NCBI GenBank assembly: GCA_036741395.1
Contig: DAINSI010000002.1
Location: 3,625 to 67,624, forward strand
Source: Candidatus Dormiibacterota bacterium
GTDB taxonomy: Bacteria; Chloroflexota; Dormibacteria; DASZGP01
DNA length: 64,000 bases
Direction: 5' to 3'
Below the pieces are notes generated by a model. It had not been told where the DNA came from. It did no database searches and worked only from the letters and a program-made list of their open reading frames with translations. This document shows positions 17,148 to 27,653 of the stretch, piece after piece; position 1 is the first letter of the stretch, and each line of letters opens with the position of its first letter. The translations under genes were made by a program, and so were the position numbers.

Positions 17148-19341
17148 GATGAGCACCCGCCGCAGCTGGAGCCGCGGCGACCTGGCGTTTGCGGCAGCGT
17201 TCACCGCGTACATGGCCATCACAGTGGCGCTGCTGGCGGCGGGGCTCCTGGTCTACGCATCCTCCATCAACCCCGGTTTTCACACCTACCTGCACACCGT
17301 CGGCTTCGGCGCCGAGTCCACCACCGAGCGCGTCGCCCTGGGTATCGCCGCCGCCTCCCACCTGCCGCAATCACTGGGCGGGATGGCCCTGGACTACGGG
17401 TTCAGCTTGTTTAACATCGCCCTCGCGCTGCAGCTGCTCCGCCTCCGCCCCCGTCACCACACGGCGCGGCTGCTGGCGGTGGGGATGGTCGGCACCGCGG
17501 CGCTCTTCAACCTCCAGGCCTACAGTGTCTACGAGGCGATGCCGGCGGGCGGGTTCGAGACCGGCCTCAACCTGGTGCTCCAGTTCATCGCCACCCTGGC
17601 CTACCTCTTCGCGCTGCTGACCTTCCCTGACGGCGACCTCATCCCCCGCTGGCCGAGGCTGCAACTGGCGCTCCTGTATGTCGTCGCCATCGGCATCTCC
17701 GCCTGGGCCTCCTACTCGCTGCAGGGTTCGCACCGGGCGTCGGTGATCATCCTCTTCGGCCTGCAGGCGCCGGTGACCGCGGTGCTGGCCCAGGGCTACC
17801 GGCTGCGGCGCTCCCAGTCGGAAGGGCAGCGACAGCAGGCGCGGTTGCTCTTCTGGGCCCTGACGCCCGCCCTCATCCTGGGCATCGGCGTGACCGCTCT
17901 CGGACTTGGCGACGTCCTCTTCCCGCAGCTGCAGGGGCGGACGCTGCGGGAACTGCCGGTGACCACCTTCCGGATTTTCCAACCGGTCTTCACGATCATC
18001 CCGCTGGCGCTGGTGGCCGGCATCGTGCGCTACCGGCTCTGGGACGTCGACCGGCTGATCAGCCGGACGCTGGTGTACGGGGCACTGGCGGCGTTCGTCA
18101 GCCTGATGTACATCGGCGTGGTCGTCGGCATCGGCTCGCTGATCGGTTCGCAGGGCCGGAACCTGGGGCTGTCGATCGCGGCCACCGGGATCTCGGCGCT
18201 GGCCTTCAATCCCCTTCGGGACCGATTCCAGCGGATCGCCAACCGCCTCGTCTACGGCCGGCGGGCCACGCCGTACGAGGTGCTCTCGGAGCTCTCCCAG
18301 CGGCTCACGGAAGCCCTGGGAACCGAGGACCTGCTGCAACAGATGGTCAAGGTCCTCGCTGAGGGCACCGGTGCCCGCGCCGCCGAAGTCTGGATCCGGG
18401 TGGGCGGCGAGCTGCGCTGCACCGCCGCGTGGCCCGCGGACAGCAAGCCGGACGACGTTCTTCGGATGTCGAGCCCGGTCGACGAGCTGCCAGCATTCCC
18501 GGGTATCCGTGAGGCGGTCCCGGTGCGCCACCGCGGGGAGGTCCTGGGCGCCCTGACGGTGACCAAGCCCGGCGTCGAGACGCTGACCGACACCGAGGAG
18601 AAGCTGCTCCACGACCTCGCCTCGCAGGCCGGGCTGGTGCTGCGCAACGTGAGCCTGACCGCCGAGCTGGTGGCCCGGCTGGAGGACCTGCAGGCATCCC
18701 GCCAGCGCATCGTCGCCGCGGGAAATGAGGCGCGCAAGCAGCTCGAGCGCAACATCCACGATGGCGCCCAGCAGCAGTTGGTGGCGCTGATGATCCGGCT
18801 CAACCTGGCCGAGAGGCTGGCCCTCAAGGATGCCCCCAAGGTCGCCGAGATGCTCGCGCAACTGAAGGTCGACACCCAGGACGCGCTGGAGACGCTGCGC
18901 GACCTGGCGCGCGGAATCTACCCCCCGATGCTGGCCAGCAACGGCCTGGTGATGGCGCTCGAAGGGCACGCCCGCAAGGTGCAGCTGCCGGTCGAGGTAA
19001 GCGCCATTAATGTCGTTCGCTACGACGAGGAGACCGAGGCCGCGGTCTACTTCTGCTGCCTGGAGGCCCTGCAGAACGTGGTCAAGTCGGCGCACGCATC
19101 GGCGGCCAATGTGCGCCTGGAGGGAAGCCTGGGCAGCCTGTTCTTCCAGGTCGAGGACGACGGCAGGGGTTTCGACATGAGCAGCGTCGAGCGGGGCGCC
19201 GGGCTGCAGAACATGATCGACCGCGTCGAGGCCCTGGGCGGTGCGCTGGAACTGGTCTCGGCGCCAGGCGAGGGCACGCGCGTCAGCGGCACGATCCCCG
19301 CCGAGCCGCGCGTTGTGGCCGCCCGCGAGGTAACGGCATAA
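17148..19341 (+). CDS. Sensor histidine kinase: multi-TM sensor domain + GAF + HisKA_3 (NarL-type) + HATPase_c
   Basis: 8-9 hydrophobic helices in the N-terminal 330 aa. GAF-like region. H-box ERNIHDGAQQQLVALMIRL. N/G1/G2 boxes (QNVVKSAHAS, DDGRGFD, GAGLQNMIDRVEALGG). The track ORF begins at TTG 17098; ATG 17148 is preferred. Confidence 0.85.
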
Positions 19342-19359
19342 CCCCAAACCTCGCTGGGC

Positions 19360-21645
19360 TCAACCTGCCGCGGTTGGCGCCACCTGGCTCGCGTGCGGCA
19401 TGCCCATCCGCATGGGGCGCCCGAGGAGCCAGCCCTGTCCAAAGCCCACCCCCATCGACCGCATGCTTTCGAGCTGCGAATCCGTTTCGATCCCCTCGGC
19501 GATCAGTTCGGAGCCCCCCGATAGCCCGAACTCCACCAGCGCCCGTACCATCGCGCGCCGGCCCCCCATCGCCGACTCCAGGGTTAGGTATCTCGCCAGC
19601 TTGATGTACTCGGGCTCGGCAGCCGCCAACACCTCGAAGGTCGAATGTCCCTCCCCCACGTCGTCCAGCGCGAAACGGAAGCCCTCGCCCCGGTAGATCT
19701 TCAGCACCTCCTTGAAGCGGTGCAGGTCGTTCACCGGCTCGCGCTCACTGATCTCAAGCACCACCGTCGTCGGCGCCACCTGGGCCCAGCGCATCAGCAG
19801 CAGCATCTGGTCCACGTCGTGCACCGGGTCCAGCAGCGCCCGCACGCCGACGTTGATGAATACCGTGCTGCCCTGGGGCAGCTCCCGGGCTCCGCCCGCG
19901 GCCTCGCGGCGGCACAGCCAGTCCAGGTCACGCCACGAGCCCATGCGGTGGGCGGCCGCGAAGAGTCCCTCCACGCTTGCGGATGCCGCCTCTCCGGCGG
20001 GGCGCGCCAGGGCTTCGTAGCCTATGACCTCACGCGTCGCGAGGTCGCAGATCGGCTGGTACACAGGCGTGATCGAGTGGTCGTGCAGGATCTGCGAGAC
20101 GACGTCGGTCCAGCGGCGCAGCCCCGGCGAGGCGCCCGCCTCGGCCACCACAACTTCCCCGCGGCTGCCGCGCTTGCTGTCGTAGAGAGCGGCGTCAGCG
20201 CGGGCGAAGAGCTGATCCGCAGTCTCGGCCCCGTCGCACTGGGCGATTCCCCCTGAGCCGGCCTGCCCCTCGGGCACGGCCGCCATCATCCGGGCCATCA
20301 CGATGCTGGCGCCCTCGAGGTTGCAGTCCGGCAGGCAAACCGCGAACTCGTCTCCCCCGAGGCGCGCCAGGAAGTCGACCTCGCGAACGGCCAACTGCCA
20401 TGCCGTCGCAACATCGCGCAGCAGGCGATCCCCGCGATCGTGTCCCCAGTCGTCGTTGTACGCCTTGAAGTTGTCGAGGTCGAGCGCGGCGACGCACAGC
20501 GGGTGGTTCGCGCGGGCGGCGCGAGCGAGGTAGCGAGGCAGCTCCTCGTCCCAGGCGCGGCGATTCCACACCGAGGTCAGGCTGTCGGTGCGGACCTTGC
20601 GCTGGAGTTCCTCCACCAGCTCGGCGCGGTTGATCACCACCGCGGCCTCGAGGGCGAAGAGTGCGGCAGCCATCGTCTCGCGGTTCGCCAGCTGGTGGAT
20701 CACCCAGGCCCAGGCGACACAGAGCACTGCCGCCGGGCGTCCCTCCCGCATCACCGGCTGCCAGAGCACTGAGCGCTGGAGACCACGGTCAAGGGGCAGA
20801 AATGCCCCTTCGCGGGTGAGCACGGGCTCGGCGGAGGCGAGCGCCAGGAGCGCCGGATGCATCTCCGCCGCGGGCCGGTCGGGCGCGTGCGGCTCGACCC
20901 GCAGGTCGACGGGATGCGGGCTCGCGGCGCTGCAGTGCAGGCCGCCGTCGGGCTGGAGTTCCAGGAGTAACCCGACCTCGGCCTGGGAAGCCTGTCGGGC
21001 GCCTTCGCACAGTGCCTCGCGGGCCTCGCCGGGATCTGACATCGGATCGAGCTCGCCGAGGATGTGGCCGACGACTCTGATGTCGATGACGAGGCCGCGC
21101 ATCCGGGCGACCACCGCGTAGACGGAGTAGCCAATCAGAGCGGTCATGCCGGCGTAGACCAGGTTGAGCATGATCACCACGCCCGACGCGTTGGTGAGCA
21201 GCGCGGGCAGGAGGCTCCCGGCAGCGATCATCAGGACGCCAGCGGTGAGCTCGAGCCAGCTGCAGTAAAGCGCCAGCCAGATGATCGGTAGGAGCAGGAG
21301 CGGGGTGTAGCTGCTTTCGGTGCCCGCGGTGCTGATGGCGACGACCATGACCATCAGGTTGGCCAGCAGTGGCGGGACGCTCTGCAGGTAACGAGGCAGA
21401 CGCTGCCACGGGACGAAGAACGCCACCACCAGCAGGACCAGGGTGAAGCCAAGCACGCCAAACGTGACCTGGTTGGTGAGGACCAGGTTGGGGCCGACCT
21501 GTAGGGCGACGGTCGCGACGCCGGCAATCAGCAGGGGGACGAGGCGGAACGCCAGCCCGGCCCTGCGGAACGGCGCCGGCAGCGCGGTCGCCTCACGTTG
21601 GGAGCGCCGGACAATGTCGCCGACCCAGTCGGCGGGGGGGCTCAA
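19360..21645 (-). CDS. Membrane-anchored GGDEF-EAL protein (diguanylate cyclase/phosphodiesterase) with N-terminal multi-TM sensor
   Basis: RLGGDEFAV GGDEF motif. EAL domain (YQPICDL...GYEALAR ... ELIAEGIETDSQL ... QGWLLGRP). N-terminal about 200 aa hydrophobic. ATGA overlap with the upstream REC-EAL gene. Confidence 0.85.
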   Translation of the reverse strand: MSPPADWVGDIVRRSQREATALPAPFRRAGLAFRLVPLLIAGVATVALQVGPNLVLTNQVTFGVLGFTLVLLVVAFFVPWQRLPRYLQSVPPLLANLMVMVVAISTAGTESSYTPLLLLPIIWLALYCSWLELTAGVLMIAAGSLLPALLTNASGVVIMLNLVYAGMTALIGYSVYAVVARMRGLVIDIRVVGHILGELDPMSDPGEAREALCEGARQASQAEVGLLLELQPDGGLHCSAASPHPVDLRVEPHAPDRPAAEMHPALLALASAEPVLTREGAFLPLDRGLQRSVLWQPVMREGRPAAVLCVAWAWVIHQLANRETMAAALFALEAAVVINRAELVEELQRKVRTDSLTSVWNRRAWDEELPRYLARAARANHPLCVAALDLDNFKAYNDDWGHDRGDRLLRDVATAWQLAVREVDFLARLGGDEFAVCLPDCNLEGASIVMARMMAAVPEGQAGSGGIAQCDGAETADQLFARADAALYDSKRGSRGEVVVAEAGASPGLRRWTDVVSQILHDHSITPVYQPICDLATREVIGYEALARPAGEAASASVEGLFAAAHRMGSWRDLDWLCRREAAGGARELPQGSTVFINVGVRALLDPVHDVDQMLLLMRWAQVAPTTVVLEISEREPVNDLHRFKEVLKIYRGEGFRFALDDVGEGHSTFEVLAAAEPEYIKLARYLTLESAMGGRRAMVRALVEFGLSGGSELIAEGIETDSQLESMRSMGVGFGQGWLLGRPMRMGMPHASQVAPTAAG

Positions 21646-22838
21646 GAGGGCGCCCTCGGCGCGGCGCGGTCCAGGGAGTCGGGGACGCCGAAGAGGAAGC
21701 CCTGGACCCAGTTGACGCCCATGGCGCGTACCAGGTCCAGGTCTTCGGGCTGCTCCACCCCCACCGCCACCACGGTGGCCCTGGTCTCGCGCCCGAAGGC
21801 CACCAGCGATCGGGCCAGTGCCTTAAAGGAGGGCCGGCCGCCCATCGCCTGGACGATCGCCGTGTCCAGCTTGATCACCTCCGGGTCAAGCTCGAGCAGG
21901 TGCTGGAGGCCGGCATCGACGGCGCCGAGGTCGTCCACGGCCAAACGGATACCTCGACGGCGGAGCTGGCGCAGGCCCGCGTGGAACGCATCGTAGTCGT
22001 GGGCATGGTCCTGGGCGCTGACATCGATGACCAGGCGGCCATCGGCCCGGGCGTCCAACAGGCGGTCCAGCTCCGGGCTCGCAACGGTTGCGGGCGACGC
22101 GTTGACCTCGAGGAACATCGGCGCCGGAAGCCGATCAATTGCGTCCAGCGCCAGCTTGATCGCGGCGAACTCCATCTCCAGGCGGAACCCCACCGTCCCC
22201 GCCTCCTCGAACCAGTCCCGCGGACTGCGATCCGGGCCCTGGTCAAACCGAGCCAGTGCCTCGTACCCGACACAGCCGCCGCCGGCCAGGTCTATCAGGG
22301 GTTGGAAGAGGACGGTCATGCCCTCGCCTTTGATGAACCGTCGGAAGACGGCCTGGTGCGACCGCTGGGCGTCCGCGGCCTGCTTTTTCTGGCGCAGCAG
22401 CGTTGCCAGCTCGTGGATCACCGTCGAGGTGATCGAAGCGGAGAGGATCGCCTCCCCACGCGCCGCCCGGCGGATGACCTCGATAAGCTCCGCCGTGGGC
22501 GCCCCCTTGAGAATGTAGCCGATGGCGCCGGCACGAACCATCTGCATGACGGCGCCGCGGTCTTCGTAGGCGCTGTGGGCTACGACATGGGTCTGGGGCG
22601 ATGCGGCCCGGATACCCTCGGTCGCGTGGACACCCCCGCCAAGCGGCATGTTGACATCGGTGAGGACGACGTCTGGCTGGCTGGAGGCGGCCCTGGCAAT
22701 GGCCTCATCGGCGTCCTTGGCGATGCCGACGATCTCGATCCCGCCGCCAGGCGTGAGCATCTTGGCCAGGTTGGCGAGGACCTCCGGGTTGTCATCAGCC
22801 AGCAGGAGCCGAATTGCAGCGTCCGCCGGACGGTTCAC
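21642..22838 (-). CDS. Response regulator with REC receiver domain and EAL (c-di-GMP phosphodiesterase) output domain
   Basis: RLLLADDNPEVL...DVVLTDVNMPLGGG receiver motifs. EAL block LFQPLIDLAGGGCVGYEALARF and C-terminal QGFLFGVP. Confidence 0.85.
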   Translation of the reverse strand: MNRPADAAIRLLLADDNPEVLANLAKMLTPGGGIEIVGIAKDADEAIARAASSQPDVVLTDVNMPLGGGVHATEGIRAASPQTHVVAHSAYEDRGAVMQMVRAGAIGYILKGAPTAELIEVIRRAARGEAILSASITSTVIHELATLLRQKKQAADAQRSHQAVFRRFIKGEGMTVLFQPLIDLAGGGCVGYEALARFDQGPDRSPRDWFEEAGTVGFRLEMEFAAIKLALDAIDRLPAPMFLEVNASPATVASPELDRLLDARADGRLVIDVSAQDHAHDYDAFHAGLRQLRRRGIRLAVDDLGAVDAGLQHLLELDPEVIKLDTAIVQAMGGRPSFKALARSLVAFGRETRATVVAVGVEQPEDLDLVRAMGVNWVQGFLFGVPDSLDRAAPRAPS

Positions 22839-23090
22839 CCTGACTGCTCTCCTTTGATGTCCGCTCGTGCTGTTGCAGGAACGAGTATCCCATCTCAGGG
22901 GAGCCCTTCTTCGATTCGCCCACCGGTCCTCCGGCGCTACCTTCGTGAAAACTCCGGGTTGGTACCGAGACCCCGACCCATGACATGACCGTGGTCACGG
23001 GCAACCAGCGCCATTTCCGCAAGGTGCCCGGCCTGGCATTGGATAACTGGCTGGCGTAGACCAGCCCGCCATCGACCTGTCGCTAGGCGG

Positions 23091-23495
23091 TCACGCCCAG
23101 AACTCGTCAACCGCGTTGGCGTCGAGCGGGAGGAACCACGACTCGGTCACCCGCAGCTCGGCGTCGCGGTGGACCACCTGGACGAAGTTCATGGACAGCT
23201 TCTTCCCGTTGCGCTCCGCCGACTGGGTCAGCAGCACGATGCCGTGGGTGTCGTTGGCGAGGATGTCGTGGACATCGTTCTTGAGCGTCCCGCCGGTCTC
23301 GGTGAAGATGCGCCCGAAGAACTCGAAGACCGCGTCGATCCCCTTGTAGTCACCGCTCATCGGGCTCTGGCCGCCGATGTGCCAGACGATGTCGGGGTTG
23401 AACTGACCGCGGATGGCCTCGAGGTCGCCGCGACCGAAGGCCTCGTAACCCTCGCGAAGCTTCTGGACCTGGTCTGTGCTGGTGGACTGCGCCAT
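23091..23495 (-). CDS. Nuclear transport factor 2 (SnoaL-like / ketosteroid isomerase-like) family protein
   Basis: 134-aa protein MAQSTSTDQVQKLREGYEAFGRGDLEAIRGQFNPDIVWHIGG with the SnoaL-like pattern. The 669-aa track ORF on this strand is otherwise antisense to the channel gene and is rejected beyond this segment. Confidence 0.65.
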   Translation of the reverse strand: MAQSTSTDQVQKLREGYEAFGRGDLEAIRGQFNPDIVWHIGGQSPMSGDYKGIDAVFEFFGRIFTETGGTLKNDVHDILANDTHGIVLLTQSAERNGKKLSMNFVQVVHRDAELRVTESWFLPLDANAVDEFWA

Positions 23496-23582
23496 TGCTG
23501 TCTCCTCCTCAAGAGCGGATCCACAGTCTGCTCCCTTTGGACGGGCGGCGCATGGCGTCCTCCAGCACCGCACAATGGCGGG

Positions 23583-25157
23583 GTGAAGGACCACGTCGTG
23601 GTCTGCGGCCTGGGGCGCCTCGGCCTGCGGGTCGTAGAGGAGTTGCGGGCCCTGGGACAGGAGGTGGTCGTGCTTGCACCCTCCCCCGCGGTGACCTTCG
23701 CCGTCCGCGCCCGCGAGGCCGGTGCGAATTTGATCGAGGGCACCTCCCAGGAGGAGAACGACCTGCTCAACGCCGGGGTCGTCGACGCGCGCTGCCTGGT
23801 CCTCAGCGAGGACACCGACCTGGGCAACCTGCACGCGGCGATCACCGCCCAGGAGCTGAACCCCGACCTGCGGGTGGTGCTCCGGCTGTTCAACGCCGAG
23901 CTGGCGCGCCGGGCGACGGAGCTCCTGACCGACAGCGAGGTGCTGGCGCTGTCCAGCCTGAGCGCCCCAACCCTGGCCGGCGAGGCGCTGGGGGCGGGCA
24001 CCGGTGGCGCCATCGAGGTCTGGGGCCGGCTGGTGGTGCTGCGCGACACTGCGGAGGCGCAGAGCCTGCTGGCCCAGCTGGAGGATGGTGCCGTCCTCAT
24101 CGACGCCGGGCTGGCGCCGCCGGTCCTGACCGCGTCGCAGTCGCGCTGGCACGGCCGTCGCGTCGCCATCCGCGCCCTGCGCGCGTTCTTCGATCGGCGC
24201 CTGGCGGTGGTCCTGGGGCTGGTGGCGCTGCTCTGCACCATCAGCATCCTGATCTTCGCGGCCTTCGACCATCTCTCGCCGGCGGACGCGATCTACTTCA
24301 CCTTCACCACCATCAGCACCGTGGGGTACGGCGACATCAACCTCGCGACCTCCGCCAACTGGCTCAAGCTCTACGATGTTGGCTTCATGCTCTTCGGCGC
24401 CACCGCGCTGGCGGCGTTTTACGCGCTGGTCACCGATGCCGTCGTTGGGGCGCGGCTCTCCGCGGCGCTGGGGGTTCCGCACGGCAAGATCAAGAACCAC
24501 GTGATCGTCTGCGGGCTGGGCAACGTGGGCTTCCGCGTCGTCGAGCACCTGGTCGCCCGCGGCGTCGAGGTGGCGGCGTGCGACCTCAACGAGCGCGGTC
24601 GCTTCGTCCAGCTCGTCCGTCAGCTGGGGGTGCCGGTCCTCGCCGGCGATGCGCTGCTGCCCGACAACATGCGCATCCTGGGGGTGCAGCGCGCCCGAGC
24701 GGTGGTCGCCACGACCAACGACGACGTGGCCAACATCGAGGTCCTGATGAGTGCGCGCGAGGTCGGTCCCGACGTCCGGCTGGTGGCGCGCGTCTTCGAC
24801 GCCAAACTGGCCGAGCGCGCCCAGCAGCGCTTCGGGATCCACGGGTGCCACTCGGTCTCGGCGCTGGCGGCGCCCTACTTTGCCGCCGCGGTGATGGGCG
24901 CGGACATCAACACCGTGGTACACGTCGGGGAGCGGTCCTGGTTGGTGGCGGAGCGTACCGTGGCGGTCGGGGCGCCGGCGGCGGGGATGGCACTGAGCAG
25001 CTTCGAGGCACCGGGCGAGATCGCCGTCCTCGCGGTGCGCGACGGCGACGGCGCGAGTTGGGGGCCGGAGAGGACGCAGTCCATCAATCCCGGCCAGCAA
25101 CTCCTGGTCGCCACCACGGTGGCGGGCCTCGAGAGAATGCGGACGCTCACCCCCTGA
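23583..25157 (+). CDS. Potassium channel protein with two TrkA-N/RCK NAD-binding domains flanking a pore module (selectivity filter TVGYGD)
   Basis: HVVVCGLGRLG and HVIVCGLGNVG Rossmann GxGxxG motifs. TFTTISTVGYGDI pore helix/selectivity filter between two TM helices. Start assigned to GTG 23583 (VKDHVVVCGLG); the track ORF extends upstream into the divergent gene. Confidence 0.8.
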   Translation: MKDHVVVCGLGRLGLRVVEELRALGQEVVVLAPSPAVTFAVRAREAGANLIEGTSQEENDLLNAGVVDARCLVLSEDTDLGNLHAAITAQELNPDLRVVLRLFNAELARRATELLTDSEVLALSSLSAPTLAGEALGAGTGGAIEVWGRLVVLRDTAEAQSLLAQLEDGAVLIDAGLAPPVLTASQSRWHGRRVAIRALRAFFDRRLAVVLGLVALLCTISILIFAAFDHLSPADAIYFTFTTISTVGYGDINLATSANWLKLYDVGFMLFGATALAAFYALVTDAVVGARLSAALGVPHGKIKNHVIVCGLGNVGFRVVEHLVARGVEVAACDLNERGRFVQLVRQLGVPVLAGDALLPDNMRILGVQRARAVVATTNDDVANIEVLMSAREVGPDVRLVARVFDAKLAERAQQRFGIHGCHSVSALAAPYFAAAVMGADINTVVHVGERSWLVAERTVAVGAPAAGMALSSFEAPGEIAVLAVRDGDGASWGPERTQSINPGQQLLVATTVAGLERMRTLTP

Positions 25158-25279
25158 CCAGCCCCGCCGTCCAGGGCATCGCGATCCTCGTCGGCATCGT
25201 GGTCTTCAGCATCCGCCTGGCCCCTCCCCCCGATACGCGCGAGGCTGCCGCGCCGGCAACCGGCTAGACCCGGGGGTTG

Positions 25280-25552
25280 CTACTGGGCGGTGTTGAGGGT
25301 GCCCATCGCGGTGGGCTGGTTGTCGATGTGGCCGCTGCTGGTCTCGAAGAAGAAGACGTGCGGCGGGTCGCCGAAGCAATTGATCTGCACCCGGGTGCCG
25401 TCGAGGACCCCGTAGACCGACGCCCCGCAGGCGGGGCACTTGCCGTTGTGGATCCCCCGCGCCAGGGGGGCCAGCAGCTCCGGGAACGTGGCCTCGACCG
25501 GCCCCAAGTCGCCGGGGTCGATCCGCAGCTGCGAGGGTGAGTGAAGGCGCAT
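25280..25552 (-). CDS. Hypothetical small protein, possibly degenerate Rieske-like fold (C-P-A-C-G-A motif, His ligands replaced)
   Basis: ORF with coding-like bias downstream of fbaB. IHNGKCPACGASVYG resembles a Rieske CxHxGAxL box with His to Ala. Speculative. Confidence 0.3.
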   Translation of the reverse strand: MRLHSPSQLRIDPGDLGPVEATFPELLAPLARGIHNGKCPACGASVYGVLDGTRVQINCFGDPPHVFFFETSSGHIDNQPTAMGTLNTAQ

Positions 25553-25573
25553 CGATGGAAGGATAGTTGACCG

Positions 25574-26647
25574 TCAGGCGACGGTCACGCCGGGCTCCAG
25601 GTAGACGTCCTGCACCGCGTGGAGCAGGGCAATGCCCTGGTCCAGCGGGTGCTGGAAGGCCTTGCGGCCCATGATCAGGCCGCTGCCGCCGGCGCGCTTG
25701 TTGATCACCGCCTCACGGACCGCGGCGCGATGGTCCAGTGCCTCGCCATCGCCGGCCGACGCCCCGCCGGAGTTGATCAGGGGGGCGCGCCCGGAGTAGC
25801 AGTTGAGGACCTGGTAGCGACAGAGGTCGATGGGGTGCTGGCTGGTCAGCTTGCTGTAGACCTCGGGTGAGGTCTTGCCGAACTTCAGCGCTGTGAACCC
25901 GCCGTTGGTCTCGGGGAGCTTCTGCTTGATGATGTCGGCCTGGATGGTCACGCCGAGGTGGTTGGCCTGGCCGGTGAGGTCGGCGGCGACCTCGTAGTTG
26001 ACGGCGGTCTCGAAGGCCTCGTTGCGCACGTAGCACCAGAGCACCGTGGCCATCCCCAGCTCGTGCGCGTGGGCGAAGGCCTGCGTCACCTGCTCCAGCT
26101 CGTGGCGCGACTCCGGCGAGCCGAAGTAGATGGTGGCGCCGACCGCGATCGCGCCCAGGTCCCACGCCTGCTCCACGCTGCCGAACATCACCTGGTCGAA
26201 GCTGTTGGGGTAGCTGAGCAGTTCGTTGTGGTTGAGCTTGGCGATGAAGGGGATGCGGTGGGCGTACCTGCGCGCCACGGTGCCCAGGACCCCGAAGGTC
26301 GACGCCACCGCGTTACAGCCACCCTCGATGGCCAGCTCGACGATGTTCGCGGGGTCGAAGTAGCGTGGGCTGGCGGCGAAGGAGGCACCCGCGGAGTGCT
26401 CCACCCCCTGGTCGACCGGCAGGATGGACATGTAGCCGGTGCCGCCCAGCCGGCCCGCCTGCATCAGCGTCTCGATGCTGCGCAGGACCCGCACGGAGCG
26501 GTCGCTCTGGACCAGCACGCGCTCCACGAAATCGGGGCCGGGGAGATGCAGGTTGGCGGCCGCGACGGTGCGGCAGCGGTGCTTGAGCAGGCTCTCAGCA
26601 TCTTTGCCGAGCGCCTTTTCGATCTGGCCGAGGGCGCTACCCGGCAA
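25574..26647 (-). CDS. fbaB: Class I fructose-bisphosphate aldolase, FbaB/DhnA type
   Basis: Near-colinear similarity from memory to E. coli FbaB ([13 protein letters not shown]..., [84 protein letters not shown]). Start tentatively TTG 26647; the track ORF has an Arg/Trp-rich N-terminal extension judged spurious. Confidence 0.9.
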   Translation of the reverse strand: MPGSALGQIEKALGKDAESLLKHRCRTVAAANLHLPGPDFVERVLVQSDRSVRVLRSIETLMQAGRLGGTGYMSILPVDQGVEHSAGASFAASPRYFDPANIVELAIEGGCNAVASTFGVLGTVARRYAHRIPFIAKLNHNELLSYPNSFDQVMFGSVEQAWDLGAIAVGATIYFGSPESRHELEQVTQAFAHAHELGMATVLWCYVRNEAFETAVNYEVAADLTGQANHLGVTIQADIIKQKLPETNGGFTALKFGKTSPEVYSKLTSQHPIDLCRYQVLNCYSGRAPLINSGGASAGDGEALDHRAAVREAVINKRAGGSGLIMGRKAFQHPLDQGIALLHAVQDVYLEPGVTVA

Positions 26648-27605
26648 CTGCCAGCGCCACCTCCAGGTCCTCCTCCAGGGGCGCGGCCTCGATCTCGGTC
26701 CGCGATTGCCCGCGGGCCCGCGCCAGCACCGCGATCCGCTGGTCAAAGGCCTTGGCCGCGAACGAGCGCGTCTCGCCGGAGATCAGGTCGATCATCCCCA
26801 TCAGGTCCTCGGGGATTTCGCCAAGCTCCGCCTGGGCCTGGTCGATGTAGCGCTGACGGCCCTCCTCCTGGATCCCGGTCACCAGCGGCCGCAGCTCTTC
26901 GATGCGCCCCAGGGTGACATCCCAGATGGCGTCGTCCTCGGCGATCAGGCGCTGCAGCATGTAGATCCCAAAGCGCAGGTGGCGGCTCTCGTCGCGCGCG
27001 ATCAACTCGATGCCGGCGAGCATCCCCAGGAGCTGCTGCTGCATCTCCAGCACGGTCCTGTAGTAGTGGTAGCCGGTCTCCGCCAGGACGCCCTCGACGA
27101 CCATGTTGTAGGTCGCCAGCGCCCGCGCCAGGCTCTGCGGCGAATCGTCGCGGCTGAGGTTGCCCAGCGACGACGGCAGCTCCTCGAGGAACATCCGGTG
27201 CCAACTCGGCCCCATCAGGTGCATCAGGTCATCGCGGTTGCCGGTGACCTCGTCGAGCCAGCGACGGAAGAACTCAGTGTGCTTGGCCTCCTCGTTGAGG
27301 AAGGAGGTGAGATAGATCTCCTCCTCGAGCATCCCCGCCTGGGCCACGTGCATGACCAGCGGCAGCAGGTCTAGCGTCACCGCCTCCTCGCCGCCGACGA
27401 AGGACGCCGTGGTGGTCAGGACGCTGACGCGCTGGAGGTCGACCATCTCGTCCCAGTCGGCCCGGTCCTGGGTGAGGTCGATGGCCTGGGGGTCCCAGGC
27501 CAGGTGCTTCGACTTCTGGAAGAGGCGCATGGGGATACTGTCGAAGTCGATGCCGCGCGTCGAGGTGGTGGCGTAGCCGGTGCGGCGTTGCAGGGTCTCA
27601 GTCAC
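26637..27605 (-). CDS. R2-like ligand-binding oxidase (R2lox; ferritin-like Mn/Fe carboxylate protein related to RNR small subunit)
   Basis: Two ExxH metal-binding boxes ([19 protein letters not shown]). About 320-aa length and overall pattern match mycobacterial R2lox (Rv0233-like). Confidence 0.75.
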   Translation of the reverse strand: MTETLQRRTGYATTSTRGIDFDSIPMRLFQKSKHLAWDPQAIDLTQDRADWDEMVDLQRVSVLTTTASFVGGEEAVTLDLLPLVMHVAQAGMLEEEIYLTSFLNEEAKHTEFFRRWLDEVTGNRDDLMHLMGPSWHRMFLEELPSSLGNLSRDDSPQSLARALATYNMVVEGVLAETGYHYYRTVLEMQQQLLGMLAGIELIARDESRHLRFGIYMLQRLIAEDDAIWDVTLGRIEELRPLVTGIQEEGRQRYIDQAQAELGEIPEDLMGMIDLISGETRSFAAKAFDQRIAVLARARGQSRTEIEAAPLEEDLEVALAVAG

Positions 27606-27653
27606 GATGCACCAGCTTAGACCGGTCGCCGGTGCTGCGGCTACCGGCCTTGG

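Noticed and set aside
23091-25100. 669-aa minus-strand ORF in the track
   Set aside because: Only its last 134 codons (23091-23495, NTF2-like) look genuine. The remainder is antisense to the TVGYGD potassium-channel gene and is compositionally junk.
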